From Octopus bimaculoides (Eukaryota): a stretch of 33,371 bases of DNA. Positions 1-12,347 of the stretch are shown here, in pieces. Under the pieces are notes generated by a model, which was given only the letters and a program-made list of their open reading frames with translations, made no database searches and was not told the origin of the DNA. Within the stretch, counting starts at the first letter, position 1; every line of letters begins with the position of its first letter. The translations under genes were made by a program, and so were the position numbers. The stretch covers positions 73,761,643 to 73,795,013 of the forward strand of contig NC_068981.1 of the NCBI RefSeq assembly GCF_001194135.2, read 5' to 3'.

Positions 1-233
1 ATATATATGTATGTGTGTATGTGTTTGTGTGTCTGTGTTTGTCCCCCCAACATCGCTTGACAACCGATGCTGGTGTGTTTATGTCCCCGTAACTTAGCGG
101 TTCGGCAAAAGAGACCGATAGAATAAGTACTAGGCTTCTAAAGAATAAGTCCTGGGGTCGATTTGCTCAACTAAAGGCGGTGCTCCAGCATGGCCACAGT
201 CAAAAGACTGAAACAAGTAAAAGTGTAAAAGTG
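1..233 (+). mobile_element. SINE family A, 3' part (5' end outside window)
   Basis: Body CATCGCTTGACAACCGATGCTGGTG...GGGGTCGATTTG...CAGCATGGCC...GACTGAAACAAGTAAAAG is near-identical to 14700-14924 and to the reverse complement of 25118-25300. Confidence 0.9.
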
Positions 234-450
234 TGTAAATACAATGTGCCAGTTTTGACCAGTCCCAAAAGAGGAAGGGAGATAATCCAAAAAATTGAAA
301 ATACTCCGAAATTAACAGCCATTAGAAAACACGCAGTCTGATTGCCTGGAGGAAAGCGAACAACTATGATAAGAATGCGCTTGCTTTTTCGAAGCAAGCT
401 CTTTCCAAACTAAATAAAGTATTATTTTTCCAAACTAAAGTAAGTATTAT

Positions 451-767
451 ATGGCTCAGTGGTTAGAGCGTCGGGCTCACAATCATGAAGTAATGAATTC
501 GATTTCCGGACCGGGCTGTGTGGTGCTCTTGAGCAAGGCTCTTTATTTCACGTTGCTCCAGTTCACTCGTCTGTAAAAATGAGTTGCGACGTCGCTAGTC
601 CTAAGCTCTATCGGCCTTTGCCTTTCCCTTGGACAACATCGGTGGCGTGAAGAAGGGAGGCTGGTATGCATGGGTGACTGCTGGTCTTCCATAAACAATC
701 TTGTCTGGACTTGTACCTCGGAGAGTAACCTAGGTGCAATCCCATGGTCATTCATGACCTAAGAGGG
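451..767 (+). mobile_element. tRNA-derived SINE with CORE-like domain
   Basis: A-box-like TGGCTCAGTGG and degenerate B box AATTCGATTTC, followed by CTTGAGCAAGGC...GTCTGTAAAAATGAG resembling the CORE-SINE domain; followed by a (TATG)n tail. Confidence 0.75.
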
Positions 768-810
768 TATGTATGTATGTATGTATGTATGTATGTATGT
801 ATGTATGTAT
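767..810. repeat. (GTAT)n microsatellite
   Basis: Direct reading. Confidence 0.97.
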
Positions 811-1127
811 GATCGTGATGTCATTCACGTGACAAGCTATTTTCAATCTATAGTTTTCTAATCTAGTAGAATAGTCCTCTTTTCTTACTGTTTAAAATAA
901 CTGTTTTCATTTAGCATGTATTAATTAATTTTCAAATGAATCATAGATTTATAGTCTATAGTATAGACTAAATTAAAGTTCACATCAAGTTGAACTTAAG
1001 TCTTCTGTACTAATGGGTTTGATCTTACCAACAACTGTAAACGTTTGTTTCAATATTTTTATATCCCATTGATAAAACTCATTGAGAAATATATTTCTAA
1101 GTGAACTGTGTATTAGGTGCACATTTT

Positions 1128-1313
1128 GACACAAGGCCAGCTATTTCGGAGGAGAGTGTAAGTCGATTATATAGACCCTCCTTTTCAACTTGTACTTTTT
1201 TTCTATCGACCCCAAAATGATGAAAGAAAAAGTCGACCTCAGTGAAATTTGAACGCAGAACGTAAAGAAGGACAAAATGCCGCTAAGCATTTTGCTCGTG
1301 GCGATAACGATTC

Positions 1314-1318
<5 letters not shown>
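1128..1318 (-). mobile_element. SINE family B copy
   Basis: Reverse complement matches 19240-19455 and 3651-3854 (TGGCAGAATCGTTA...GGGGTCGATA...GGCCTTGTG). Confidence 0.85.
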
Positions 1319-1358
<40 letters not shown>

Positions 1359-1614
1359 NNNNNNNNNNNNNNNNNNNNNNNNNNNNNNNNNNNNNNNNNN
1401 NNNNNNNNNNTATATATAAATATATATATAAATATAAATATATGTGTGTGTGTGTATGGGTGTGGGTAGGTGGGTGTGGGTGGGTGTGTGCGCGTGTGTG
1501 TGTGTGTGCGTGTGTGTGTGTGTATGTATGTATGCATGCATGAATGTATGTATGTATGTATGTATCTATCTCTCTATCTGTGTGTGTGTGTGTGTGTGTG
1601 TGTGGGTGTGGGTG

Positions 1615-1648
<34 letters not shown>

Positions 1649-1665
1649 CATGAATGTATGTATAT
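1317..1665. repeat. Compound (TA)n/(TG)n/(TATG)n microsatellite containing N-gap 1359-1410
   Basis: Direct reading; this explains the HT/YI/CV-rich ORFs here. Confidence 0.97.
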
Positions 1666-1749
1666 GCCATGGATGTACATAAAAATGGATATGATTTCTG
1701 ATTTAGGTTGAAGACCACCACTTTTAGGAGTAGGGATACCTGATATTAG

Positions 1750-1907
1750 TGACCACAGCATTTGACTGATACTTTATTCTATCGACATCAGAAGGATGAA
1801 AGTCAAAGTTGAACATAGCAGGATTTGAGCTGAAAATGAAAAGAGCCCGAATAAATAGCTCGAAACATTTCGCCCGAGATCCAAACAATTCTACCAGCTC
1901 GCTGCCT
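1750..1907 (-). mobile_element. SINE family B copy (diverged)
   Basis: Ends in CCAGCTCGCTGCC (reverse complement of the family head) and contains ATCGACATCAGAAGGATGAAAG. Confidence 0.75.
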
Positions 1908-2441
1908 TTTATACATAAAAAAGGAAATAATATGGAGAAGCAATCATGGAGGTGGACCCATTTAGCAACATTCAGATGTTTTCCAACGGAGACATTCGTT
2001 GAAACCTGTAATACTTCCCCTGGTAAGGATAAAAGCAAATTCTGCTGTGCTGTAGAATTTATCTACCATATACACACGTTCCAACGCTGCCAAAGAGATA
2101 AAAGTTGTTTTATCTGTTTGGTAATGGTGGCGAACGTTAAGTATTCAAACAGCTATGTCTGCGCCTACATATATAAAAATCGGAAAGAGCTTCTACAGAT
2201 GATGAAAAACGGGAACAATAATATAGAATACTTAGAATTGAAGCTAAGTAGAGATGGCAGGCAAAAACGAATCCTTTTTGGGGATACAATACAAAATAAT
2301 AAACTTTCGTTGGATTCCAACATGTAGCATATGAGGTATATTATATAAGTAACTACTACTACCTAGAAGAAATATGAAAAAAAGTAAATTATTTTACTAA
2401 CCGCATGTCACGTGAATGATACAAATATATTGGTTTCAAAT

Positions 2442-2637
2442 ATTGGCACAAGGCCAGCAGTTTCGGTGAAGAGGCTAGGTCAATTTTACCGTCCCCAGCT
2501 AGTACTTATTTTAAAGACCCTGAAAGATGAAAGGCAAAGTCAACCCCGGCAGCATTTGAACTCAGAACATAAAGACCGACGAAATGCCGCTAAGCATTTT
2601 TGCCAGTTTTCTAACGATTCTGCCAGCACGCCGCCCT
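2442..2637 (-). mobile_element. SINE family B copy
   Basis: GGCACAAGGCC...GATGAAAGGCAAAGTC...TTTGAACTCAGAAC...AACGATTCTGCCAGC. Confidence 0.85.
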
Positions 2638-3416
2638 TGGATGAGCGGAAAATCTTAACGACAGAAATTATGAATCAAAAATTAAAATCCGATGATTTTC
2701 GTCACCATTCCTGACTATAAACATGTTTTCAGTCAGATGAATTGATTTTCACACTGGTAATAATCAAGCCAACATCTCAAATGCTATAGATTCAACAATG
2801 TAACCAAGTGTCTTTTCTAAACAGTCAACGCCTATCCATAATCAAAAATGACGATTAACGCCTTCGTAATTTTATTTTAAGTATGAGTTTTTTTGTTTTT
2901 TTTCGTCCTTAACTGTGTTGCTATATCATTCACTCGTCCCCTCCTTTTCTTTTATTCCTGTAACAGTTGTCTTTTCTTATTTTGTTCACCTATACTATTG
3001 CTACTCTCGGAGAGAGAAAAGAGAGTGGTGGGGGAACAAGTCCACGAACGGAAGAAAATGAAATAAAGAGCAAGACGTGATCAAAGTATACGACAACAGA
3101 AGAAAATATCTATTCATTGAATTATAATGTAAGTGGCAGAGTATAACATATATACTTCTACCGCAAACCTAATACTGAGCCAGAACCAGTGTAGCACTGT
3201 GATTTTCGAACTGCAGGTGTAGTCTACACGATAGATTTCCGTACAGTTTCCGTTTATACAATTTCCCCACACATTGTTTCGGCTGATTTATTCATATATT
3301 GATCAAATGATACAGTTATAGATTAAAAAATAGGCGACTAATTAACCTAATATTTTATGTAGCACAATAAAACTGTCGATTGTCTATAACTGAAATGTCA
3401 TTTATACACAGATTGG

Positions 3417-3854
3417 AAGGCATTGAGCTGGCAGAAACGTTAGCACGCTGGACACGAAATGCTTAGCAGTATTTCGTCTGCCGTTACGTTTTGAGTTCAA
3501 ATTCCACCGAGGTCGACTTTGCCTTTCATCCTTTCGGGGTCGATAAATTAAGTACCAGTTACGCACTGGGTCGATATAATCGGCTTAATCCCTTTGTCTG
3601 TCCTTGCTTTTCCCCTCTATGTTTAGCCCCTTGTGAGCAATAAAGAAATAAGAAACGTTAGCACGCCGGGCGAAATGCTTATTAGCGGCATTTCGTATGT
3701 CTTTACGTTCTGAGTTCAAAATTCGCCGAGGTAGACTTTGCCTTTCATCCTTTCGGGGTCGATAAATTAAGTACCTGTTGCGTATTGGAGTCGATCTAAT
3801 CGACTGGTCCCCTCCTCCAAAAAATTTCGGGCCTTGTGCCTTGAGTAGAAAAGA
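3417..3854 (+). mobile_element. Dimeric family B SINE (monomers ~3417-3650 and 3651-3854) with 14-bp TSD
   Basis: Two tandem monomers share GCCTTTCATCCTTTCGGGGTCGATAAATTAAGTACC; flanking direct repeat TTATACACAGATTG at 3402-3415 and 3855-3868. Confidence 0.85.
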
Positions 3855-3963
3855 TTATACACAGATTGAAGCAAGTAAAATCTGTGCACACTGTTTCGAT
3901 TTCCAGTTGTTCATTTTGACTTCCCTTTACTCTTGGAACGTAAGATTTTTGAACGTAAACTTA

Positions 3964-4012
<49 letters not shown>

Positions 4013-4030
4013 AAGAGAGAGAGAGAGAGA
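3964..4030. repeat. (GA)n/(GACA)n microsatellite
   Basis: Direct reading. Confidence 0.95.
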
Positions 4031-5137
4031 CATTGCAGCAAATATACTAAAACATATATATGTGTATATATTATTCGAATCAAAAATCCAAGTGATTCAA
4101 TAGTTTTAGATGTTCAGTCTACATAATGAAAGTCAACGTATTTTTAAAGATCATTATGTCTGCAGAACTCAATTGTCTTGTAATTGTGTAAGGGTGAATG
4201 CTGGGTCAATATGTTTCTGAACATATAGTATAACAAACAGAGACAATATTATTTTAGTTATACAGGTTAGTGCATTCTAGAATGCCTCTAGCTTCAGAAT
4301 AGTGAGTAGATATTTCTTTTACTATATTATTTTCTTAGAAAAAAAAAATCACTTCTGGGATATTAATTCCACATGCATCTCATATAACGGTACATATATT
4401 TTGTGCTACATCCATCCTTCCGATGTAACAATAAAACTATGTTTGATGAGTTTTGGTACGCATTTTCCAGCGCTCTATCTGCGCAATACATAGAGGCTAT
4501 TTCTATATGTTTATCTCTAAGTATACATTCCAATCTTATACTTGTGTCATTTTTTTTCCCAGTTATTTTCTTATTTCTATTAGTTCTTTCACAACCGATT
4601 TTAAGATTACTTTGACGTATTTCACTAACACTTACCGCATTAGTTGGCGAGTGGTGAATGCAAATTTTTCATCGAATTATTTCTGAAGTTGTTTACATCT
4701 TAGTGCCTATTTGGTGCTTTATATTTTTTTGTTTTTGTTTTTCCTATTCAGATATAAACCAATTAAAATTATTTATACTTTAAGATTAAATTGATCCCAA
4801 TGGCAAACATTCCAAAAATCTCCTATGACCATTCACTCATGACCTTCACAGTACACACACATACACAATTACACACACAATCACTCACACACACACACGT
4901 CAATGAACAAAGCAAAATACCTTTACGAACTCTACAAAGGTCCAGTGAAACCAGTTCCACCAGAAAATTTAATCAAGTTAACAGAACCCAACAACGCCAC
5001 AATCGCATTCCAAAAATAATCATAGGTGCTTCTAATAAACACATGCGTCAAGACAATATAAAAATATAAACCCAGTTACTCAACAGAAACTGCCAACCTG
5101 ATTAAAATGAGGGGCAGTCTCGAACACAATGAATATT

Positions 5138-5185
5138 ACTCTCTCTCTCTCTGTCTCTCTCCTGCGGTCTCTCTTCGTCTATCTC

Positions 5186-5216
<31 letters not shown>

Positions 5217-5221
5217 CTCTC

Positions 5222-5271
<50 letters not shown>

Positions 5272-5322
5272 TATCTCTCTCTCTCTCCAACTATCTCTCT
5301 CTCTCTCTCTTTCTCTCTCTCT
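5138..5322. repeat. (TC)n/(TATC)n compound microsatellite
   Basis: Direct reading. Confidence 0.95.
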
Positions 5323-5550
5323 CGCTGCGCTCGCGTGTGTGCGTATATGCATGTATGTATGTTATTTTGGTTTATGAAGCTAATGCTGTTTTGGCTCTTC
5401 TATCTGATTATGTTCACATCTAAATAATTAGAAGAACCAAGCTGCATTAAATAGATAAATTGATCATCATATTAAAAAATGCATTAATAAAAATATATGG
5501 AATTGCTTTGTTTCAGGAAATGGATTCTTAGAAGGTACTAATGTTTAAAC

Positions 5551-5844
5551 CAGTACTACTCAAAGTAGTGGTCCGCGGACCGGTACCGGTTCGTGAGCCA
5601 TCAGCTGCCGGTGCGCGGCGAGTTTCCAGAAACGAAAGAAACGTTATAAAATGCTTATGTGATATTGTATTATTTGTTTACAAAATAAATATAAGATTAA
5701 AAAAATGGTCAACTTTTGTTATACTCATTATATATATTGTTTCCGGTATAAATTAATATTACTAAGAAATATTACCAGTCCCTGGCACATTGCAACAAAA
5801 AAAAAACTGCCGGTACGCCACATCAGATAGTTTGAGAAGTGCTG
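5551..5844. mobile_element. hAT (Charlie-like) MITE
   Basis: TIRs CAGTACTACTCAAA and (reverse complement) CAGCACTTCTCAAA match 12/14; 8-bp TSD GTTTAAAC (5543-5550) / GTTTAGAC (5845-5852). Confidence 0.85.
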
Positions 5845-5977
5845 GTTTAGACTATATACAAAGAATTTCCTGAATTTATAAAAGCGCTCAAGTACCAATT
5901 ATTAACCTATTTCCAAATTCATTGAACTATTATTATAAACCAACTGTTTCGAAAAATATATTTGCTAAAGACTTCAG

Positions 5978-6040
5978 AAAGAAAGAAAGAAAGAAAGAAA
6001 AAGAGAGTAAGAGAGAGAGAGAGAGAGGGTGAGAGAGAGA
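5978..6040. repeat. (GAAA)n/(GA)n microsatellite
   Basis: Direct reading. Confidence 0.9.
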
Positions 6041-8046
6041 ATAAAGGTATTTCACTACCTTGTTTTTCTCGCTTCTTTTGGAAGATATAACGGTTCTTTC
6101 TTTTTAATAGCTTTAATAAAGGATTTAGTGCGACAGTAAAGACATGTTGCAGAGATTATGTTTTTGGAGTAAATGAATATGCATTTCCAGGCTCTTTAAG
6201 AAGACAGCCAGGTAGTTTCTTAGTAAGATGGATATCTAGGATTAGATTGAAGCTAAACGTTTGAACTCTCAAACATATTAATATAGTATCAATGATAAAA
6301 TAGTTCTGTAATGTTTGGAGAATAAAGATCATTGGCGCTCTTTTCATATTTTATCGATTTCGATAATTATTCATGAATATTGACCTCCGTGTGAAAAAAG
6401 CTTCTTGTATTAATACCCTTAAAAGTAAGATAACAGCAAAATAGCTTCGAGTAATACTTTTAAAAGTGAGATAAAGACAATGGTAAATAAAGAGTGACAA
6501 AACTCCGAAAGAAAAGTGACTTATCAAAAAAGAAATACGTTTTCACTTTATGAAGACATTATATTTCAGAATATTGAAAAACCTACGCTAGAATAATGTT
6601 TCTTAGTTCAAACTCAGCTAAAAATAGGTATTTATTTAGATATAGATCAGACCACCAGCAATTAAAGACTATATCGATGGAAAATACCACCAAAAGTTAT
6701 CTATATATTTTGGTGAGTACTTTATGTATAGTGGACAGAAAAAGAGGGATTAGCCAGATAATTTTCAATCTTTTGTCGTGATTTCACCTCTTTTTCTGTC
6801 CACGAAGATATTGAGAAAAAGCAATGCATTTACGTTTGTTTGCACATTGACTATTGGCTAAAAGAAATCTATAAACTGTAGAGCAGCATAGCATTGAAAC
6901 AAATCCCCGTTAACGCACCAGCAATTTAATAATTGAAAATACAGGCAAAACCAATATGATACTAGCAATATATCAATACTAAATATTGATATATTGGATA
7001 ATACAAAGGATTATCTTGAATATTACATTGGGTTTATAGATTGCTGTGAAAAGTCTCTTGGCATCCAATGCATACATTTTCAATCAATGTGATAGGAACC
7101 AACGAGGCTACAAGCAACATCTGAAACATCACTCCAATTTATGAATATACTTCAAATTCAATACCTCATATCGAAAAGAATCCAATATAAAAATCACCAT
7201 CTTAAAAGATCTTGTCTATGCAAATCAAGAGATAGGTATTGCCAAAGCTAAAATCCGTTTTCGCTTAGCCAATGAAGACTATCGTATGTAAATACTACAT
7301 TACAATTTGTAGAGTGACATCAGAAAATATGACGGAAAAATATATTTGCATGTTGTCATCACTTTAAAACTGATATCATCCCTTCATATTCGAATAGGGT
7401 TTGGGATTGCCTTCCTATATATTTATGTGTAATAATATAATTAAGCAATAGACTATATTTATTGACACTTCGGTTCAGCTTTACATAATAAATTATTTTC
7501 GCAGCATCCAAAATACAAAACCTGATCAAACATAAGTCATCATTTGAACAACTCTCTTGATTCAAGGCTCAAAAATGATACCACACAACTTCTCATCTAG
7601 CATATTGTATAGAAGATTATGTTATATCTTAATTCGTTTATAAACATAAGGCTTCGGGGAGAAAGTTTAAATCATTTTAAATGATATTTCTACAAATACC
7701 AGTGAATTCGTACAGGCTCTTTCGTTAACTCATATAAAAATAGAACAGGATAACACAAGAGCAAAAATTATCCAAACTGCTACGCTGCACTCCATATGAT
7801 GCTTAATGTATTCGTAATGTGCAATGTTGTTTATAGCTAGAGCATTGAAAATTATTCATAGAACCGAATTATCTGACCAACCTCATGAATATCATGGTTC
7901 TACTGTGTCGTAGATGAGTTGAAACTACATAGCAGCTCTATACTAAAACGGGTTTTCGTAAATAGAACTGAATTTCTACATAATGACCTTAAATTTCATT
8001 TAGCTAGTCACTAATCGAAATATTTTAGAGATGTCTATATACCCGA

Positions 8047-8418
8047 CGGCGTTGATGTGTGTTACGAAGTTTGCTTCCCACCCACATGGTTTGGAGTTCA
8101 GTCCCACAACATAGCATCTTCGGCACGTGCCTTCAGCTGTGTCTCAGACCGACCAGAGCCTTGTTAGTGGATTCGGTAGGCGGAAACTGAAAGAAGCCCA
8201 TCGTGTGTGTGAGCGTGAGTGTCTTTCTTTTTTGTGCTGGTCCACTACCACCACTTGATAACCGATGTTGGTTTATTTACGTCCTCGCAAGTTGCGGGTT
8301 CGGCAACAGAGACCGATAGAATACGTACCGGGCTTTAAAAATAAGTAGATGGGTCGATTCGTCCGACTTAAGACCCTTCATGGTGGAGACCAAAACAGGT
8401 AAAAGATATAAGATAAAG
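8047..8418 (+). mobile_element. SINE family A, old diverged copy
   Basis: Co-linear with 13642-14924 (GTTCAGTCCCAC, GGAAACTGAAAGAAGCCC, GAGACCGATAGAATA, GGGTCGATT). Confidence 0.8.
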
Positions 8419-8446
8419 GATGGCGCACAGAAATTACATACATATA

Positions 8447-8647
8447 CAAGGGGTGCTGAAATGTTTCTGGCTTTGGGTAAAAGAAATACAGGAGGGTCAG
8501 TTAATTATCATTCCCCTCTCAGATTCACACACTTATTGCAGCGGTCCTCCAGTTTTTGTAAGCCTTGTAAAAGAACTGGGAAGGTTGAGCCTCCAACCAG
8601 GCCTTTCGTGATACCCTTAAAGCCAGGAAGTTTTCAGCACGCTCTCG
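8447..8647 (-). mobile_element. Mariner-derived MITE carrying a transposase C-terminal fragment
   Basis: About 28-bp TIRs (CAAGGGGTGCTGAAATGTTTCTGGCTTT; reverse complement CGAGAGCGTGCTGAAAACTTCCTGGCTTT); TA on the left flank, TG on the right. Minus strand reads WLEAQPSQFFY, then after a frameshift LQKLEDRCNKCVNLRGE, typical of mariner transposase ends. Confidence 0.85.
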
Positions 8648-9039
8648 TGCATCACCGTTAAAAGCAGTGTCTCTACAAGCCAGCAAGAAAGGGTTTTTTA
8701 CATGGTTGACCGGCCAAATCTCCTTCAAATTACAACCTTGGATCTTAAATAAATTATATATTTGTTGGACAATGTAGTCCCTGACACGCGAAAAAAACGC
8801 AGGATAAATACAGCTGGAACGTTTTTGATCTTAGGTGTCTGTTTGATAAGAGCTTTCCTGGAGCTAAACAATGACAACTTTTGTATGTCAATGTTCAAAT
8901 GCAGATAAATTAGGAACGAGCTTTTGCAACTAAACTGAAAAACAAAAATCTTTGGAAAACATCTGAATAAAAAGATAAGCTGTATCTACTGCTTCGCTGA
9001 AAAGAATATATTAAGAATTCACACACATATATAAAATTT

Positions 9040-9352
9040 TTTGTCTGTCTGCCTGTTCCCTATGCATTATTAAACGGCTCGACCAAATCAAATAAAATTT
9101 TACGAGATAGTATTACACCCCACGAGTGTCATCATGTAATTTATTTCATTTCGATTAAAAGAATATAACATTTTATAGGGATAATCTTTCTATTGCCAGC
9201 CATACTACAGGACATTTTATACGACGACGACGGCTACGTCACATTTTCTATATGAGTGTGTATGTGTGTGAGTGCATGAGTGTGTATGTGTGTGAGTGCA
9301 TGAGTGTGTATGTTCCTGTGAGTGTGTGTGTGTTTTTCCGCGTTATTAAACA

Positions 9353-9384
<32 letters not shown>

Positions 9385-10370
9385 TCTATATATACATCTA
9401 CATATGTGACGACTGACATGCGCGAATGTATGTTTGAGTGTGTCTCTAAAATTCTTTGTCTGTCTTCTATCTGTCTCAAATGGCTCGGCCAAATCAAATA
9501 AAATTTTACAAGGTAATAGTATTACATCGCCTCCTGCTGTCAACATCTAATTTTTTCTTTTGATTTCGATTAAAACAATATAACATTTTATAGAGATAAT
9601 TTTCCTATAGTCAACTATAGTACAGGACATATTATACCACGACGTCAACGACAGCGACGTCACATTTAGTATATGAGTGTCTGTAAATGTATGTGCGTAA
9701 GTGTATGAGTGTATATATGTCTGTGAGTGTATGTGTGTAAGTGTATGTGTGTGTATGTGTCTGTAAGTGTGCGTGTGTTTCTGTGTTAGGCACGTTATTA
9801 AATATACACACATCTACACATACCTATACATATGTGACGACTGACATGCGTGAATGTATATCTGCGTATGTCGTTCTTACTACATGGTATTACAGTCGCG
9901 AGTTTCAACATATAATTATTTTTCATTTCGATTAAACTATAACATTTGATAGAAATAATCTTTCTATAGTCAACTATAGTACAAGACATTTTACATAAGT
10001 GTGTATGTGTCAATATGTGTTAGCGCGTTCGATACGTGCGAGATAGTAAAGAACACTTTATTTCACGATGACGATGACAATGACGTCACATTTTGTATAT
10101 GAATGTGTATGCGTCTGTGAGTGTATGTGAGTGGGTGTATGAGTTTGTATGTGTCTGTGAGTGTGAGGGTGTGTTTCCGCGTTACGTACGTTATTAAACA
10201 TACACATCTACACATACATATACATATATGACAACAGACATGCGTGAATGTATATTTGTGCGTATCTCTCTTAATATATGTGACTGTATGTGCGTGTATG
10301 TGTGATAATTTTTATTTTCATTTGGATTAAAACACACATCTACACATACTTATACATATGTGACAACTGA
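9040..10370. repeat. Diverged tandem array of ~360-415-bp units (about 3.3 copies)
   Basis: Anchor ATTT(C/G)GATTAAA at 9148, 9563, 9925, 10320; ACGTCACATT at 9236, 9657, 10083; GGCTCG.CCAAATCAAATAAAATTTTAC at 9076 and 9482. Confidence 0.85.
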
Positions 10371-10410
10371 AAAAGCTATGAAATGAAAAGCTATGAAATG
10401 AAAAGCTATG
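10371..10410. repeat. 15-bp tandem repeat (AAAAGCTATGAAATG) x2.7
   Basis: Direct reading. Confidence 0.9.
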
Positions 10411-10612
10411 TATAATCCAACAATGAAATAGCAAAACGCTTACCAGCACAAAACACACGTACACATTGTTCAAACGAAAGCAAGTTTCTTACTGCGCTTG
10501 TGTGTGTGTGTAGACATATGTATGTATCTATGTGTGCATGTAAAATATGCGCTTTCTATGTACTAAAGCATACATATTTGCAAAACACATATATACTATA
10601 CATGTCAAACAA

Positions 10613-10613
10613 T

Positions 10614-10649
<36 letters not shown>

Positions 10650-10840
10650 GAATATCANNNNNNNNNNNNNNNNNNNNNNNNNNNNNNNNNNNNNNNNNNN
10701 NNNNNNNNNNNNNNNNNNNNNNNNNNNNNNNNNNNNNNNNNNNNNNNNNNNNNNNNNNNNNNNNNNNNNNNNNNNNNNNNNNNNNNNNNNNNNNNNNNCC
10801 CACACACACACACTCACACACACACGCACACACACACACA
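10613..10840. repeat. (CA)n tracts flanking N-gap 10658-10798
   Basis: Direct reading. Confidence 0.9.
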
Positions 10841-11139
10841 AGAATATCAGAATACACGAATACATTCCTACATGCGCAAAGCCCCTGCCCATTACTCTCT
10901 TCTGAACTCACTTACAGAACCACATTCCCACCTGGCTCCCAACCATTTCTCTTCCACTTTCTCCACTTTACTTCTCTTCTGAAGAAGCATGAGCATCCGA
11001 AACGTGAAAATTTTTTTCCGTTTCTTTTAAGCGTAAGGCTAATATAATATTAGTTGCAATTTATCTTTCCAGTGTTGCCTACTTTCACTTGGTATTCGTT
11101 GCAATGATATTCTATTTTTAGCGCTTATATGTCTGTTCT

Positions 11140-11396
11140 TCTGTCTGTCTATCTGTCTGTCTGTCTGTCTGTTTGTATGTCTGTCTGTCTGTCTGTCGGT
11201 CTGTCAGTCTGTCTGTCTGTATGCATGCATGTATGCATGTATGCATGTATGTATGTATATATGTATTATGTATGTACATGAATCTTTATGTGAACATGCA
11301 GGTCAACATGGTTCAGAAAATTTCCTTAATCTTTCTCCAGCTATTTTTCTTTGACTCATGTCTTTTTCTGTCTCACTTTGTCCTTTTCTCTCTGTT

Positions 11397-11436
<40 letters not shown>

Positions 11437-11442
11437 CCTCTC

Positions 11443-11479
<37 letters not shown>
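11140..11479. repeat. (TCTG)n/(TATG)n/(TC)n microsatellites ending at N-gap 11480-11737
   Basis: Direct reading. Confidence 0.9.
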
Positions 11480-11924
11480 NNNNNNNNNNNNNNNNNNNNN
11501 NNNNNNNNNNNNNNNNNNNNNNNNNNNNNNNNNNNNNNNNNNNNNNNNNNNNNNNNNNNNNNNNNNNNNNNNNNNNNNNNNNNNNNNNNNNNNNNNNNNN
11601 NNNNNNNNNNNNNNNNNNNNNNNNNNNNNNNNNNNNNNNNNNNNNNNNNNNNNNNNNNNNNNNNNNNNNNNNNNNNNNNNNNNNNNNNNNNNNNNNNNNN
11701 NNNNNNNNNNNNNNNNNNNNNNNNNNNNNNNNNNNNNTCAACACATTTATTATTTATTTGTTCGAAACCGATGATTCACTTTATCGCCGCTGTAGTTTCT
11801 AACTTGAGTTCGTTTGTTCAAGCAACAAAGAGATTAATGAAACGGTTACGATCCGGACGACGATCACTGCCTTTGTTGTGTTTTATCATTGATCACCTTT
11901 GATCAGACAATGATAATGGTGATT

Positions 11925-11979
11925 ATGATGCTGCTGCTGCTACTACTACTGCTGCTGCTGCTGATGATGATGATGATGA
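11925..11979. repeat. Compound trinucleotide repeat (CTG/CTA/ATG)n
   Basis: Direct reading. Confidence 0.9.
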
Positions 11980-12278
11980 GGATTAGCACCAGATTAATCC
12001 TTATCAGACTGGTTCGTAATCAAAAACATTCAACCGTAATAACACCGTCATATTTACCCAGAGTACCTCCAAAATTACATTATCCAATGTTACTCATTTT
12101 TTTAAGGCTCTTTTAAGTGTCTTTTGAAGGACGTTTGGGTGCTATTACTTGCAGATCGAACGACCACAATGATAAGAATTCCTTCTTGTCATGAGAGGAT
12201 CTCTCTTGACTTGTTCAGATTCAGATAATATTATTGTTTAGCCTCTGGTCAACGCAAACATGGCCATCCGGTGTTGCT

Positions 12279-12346
<68 letters not shown>
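12279..12346. repeat. (GTT)n microsatellite
   Basis: Direct reading. Confidence 0.97.

Positions 12347-12347
<1 letters not shown>

Noticed and set aside
1141-1761. HT/YI/CV-rich ORFs (also near 10500, 11173, 17497, 23223, 25228)
   Set aside because: Translations of dinucleotide and tetranucleotide microsatellites.
1809-2327. 172-aa plus-strand ORF
   Set aside because: It starts within an antisense SINE, has no recognisable domain and shows no convincing splice context.
4628-4700. Minus-strand donor GCG|GTAAGT
   Set aside because: The upstream candidate exon has stops in all three frames; an isolated consensus match.
4903-5019. 38-aa ORF MNKAKYLYELYKGPVKPVPPENLIKLTEPNNATIAFQK
   Set aside because: Too short, with no homology recognised and no independent support.
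6950-7300. Possible old GIY-YIG or PLE trace (EYYIGF)
   Set aside because: Only a single short motif; the downstream pattern could not be aligned.
10640-10849. CACACAAGAATATCA repeated on both sides of the gap
   Set aside because: Cannot distinguish a collapsed tandem array from a contig-overlap artefact.
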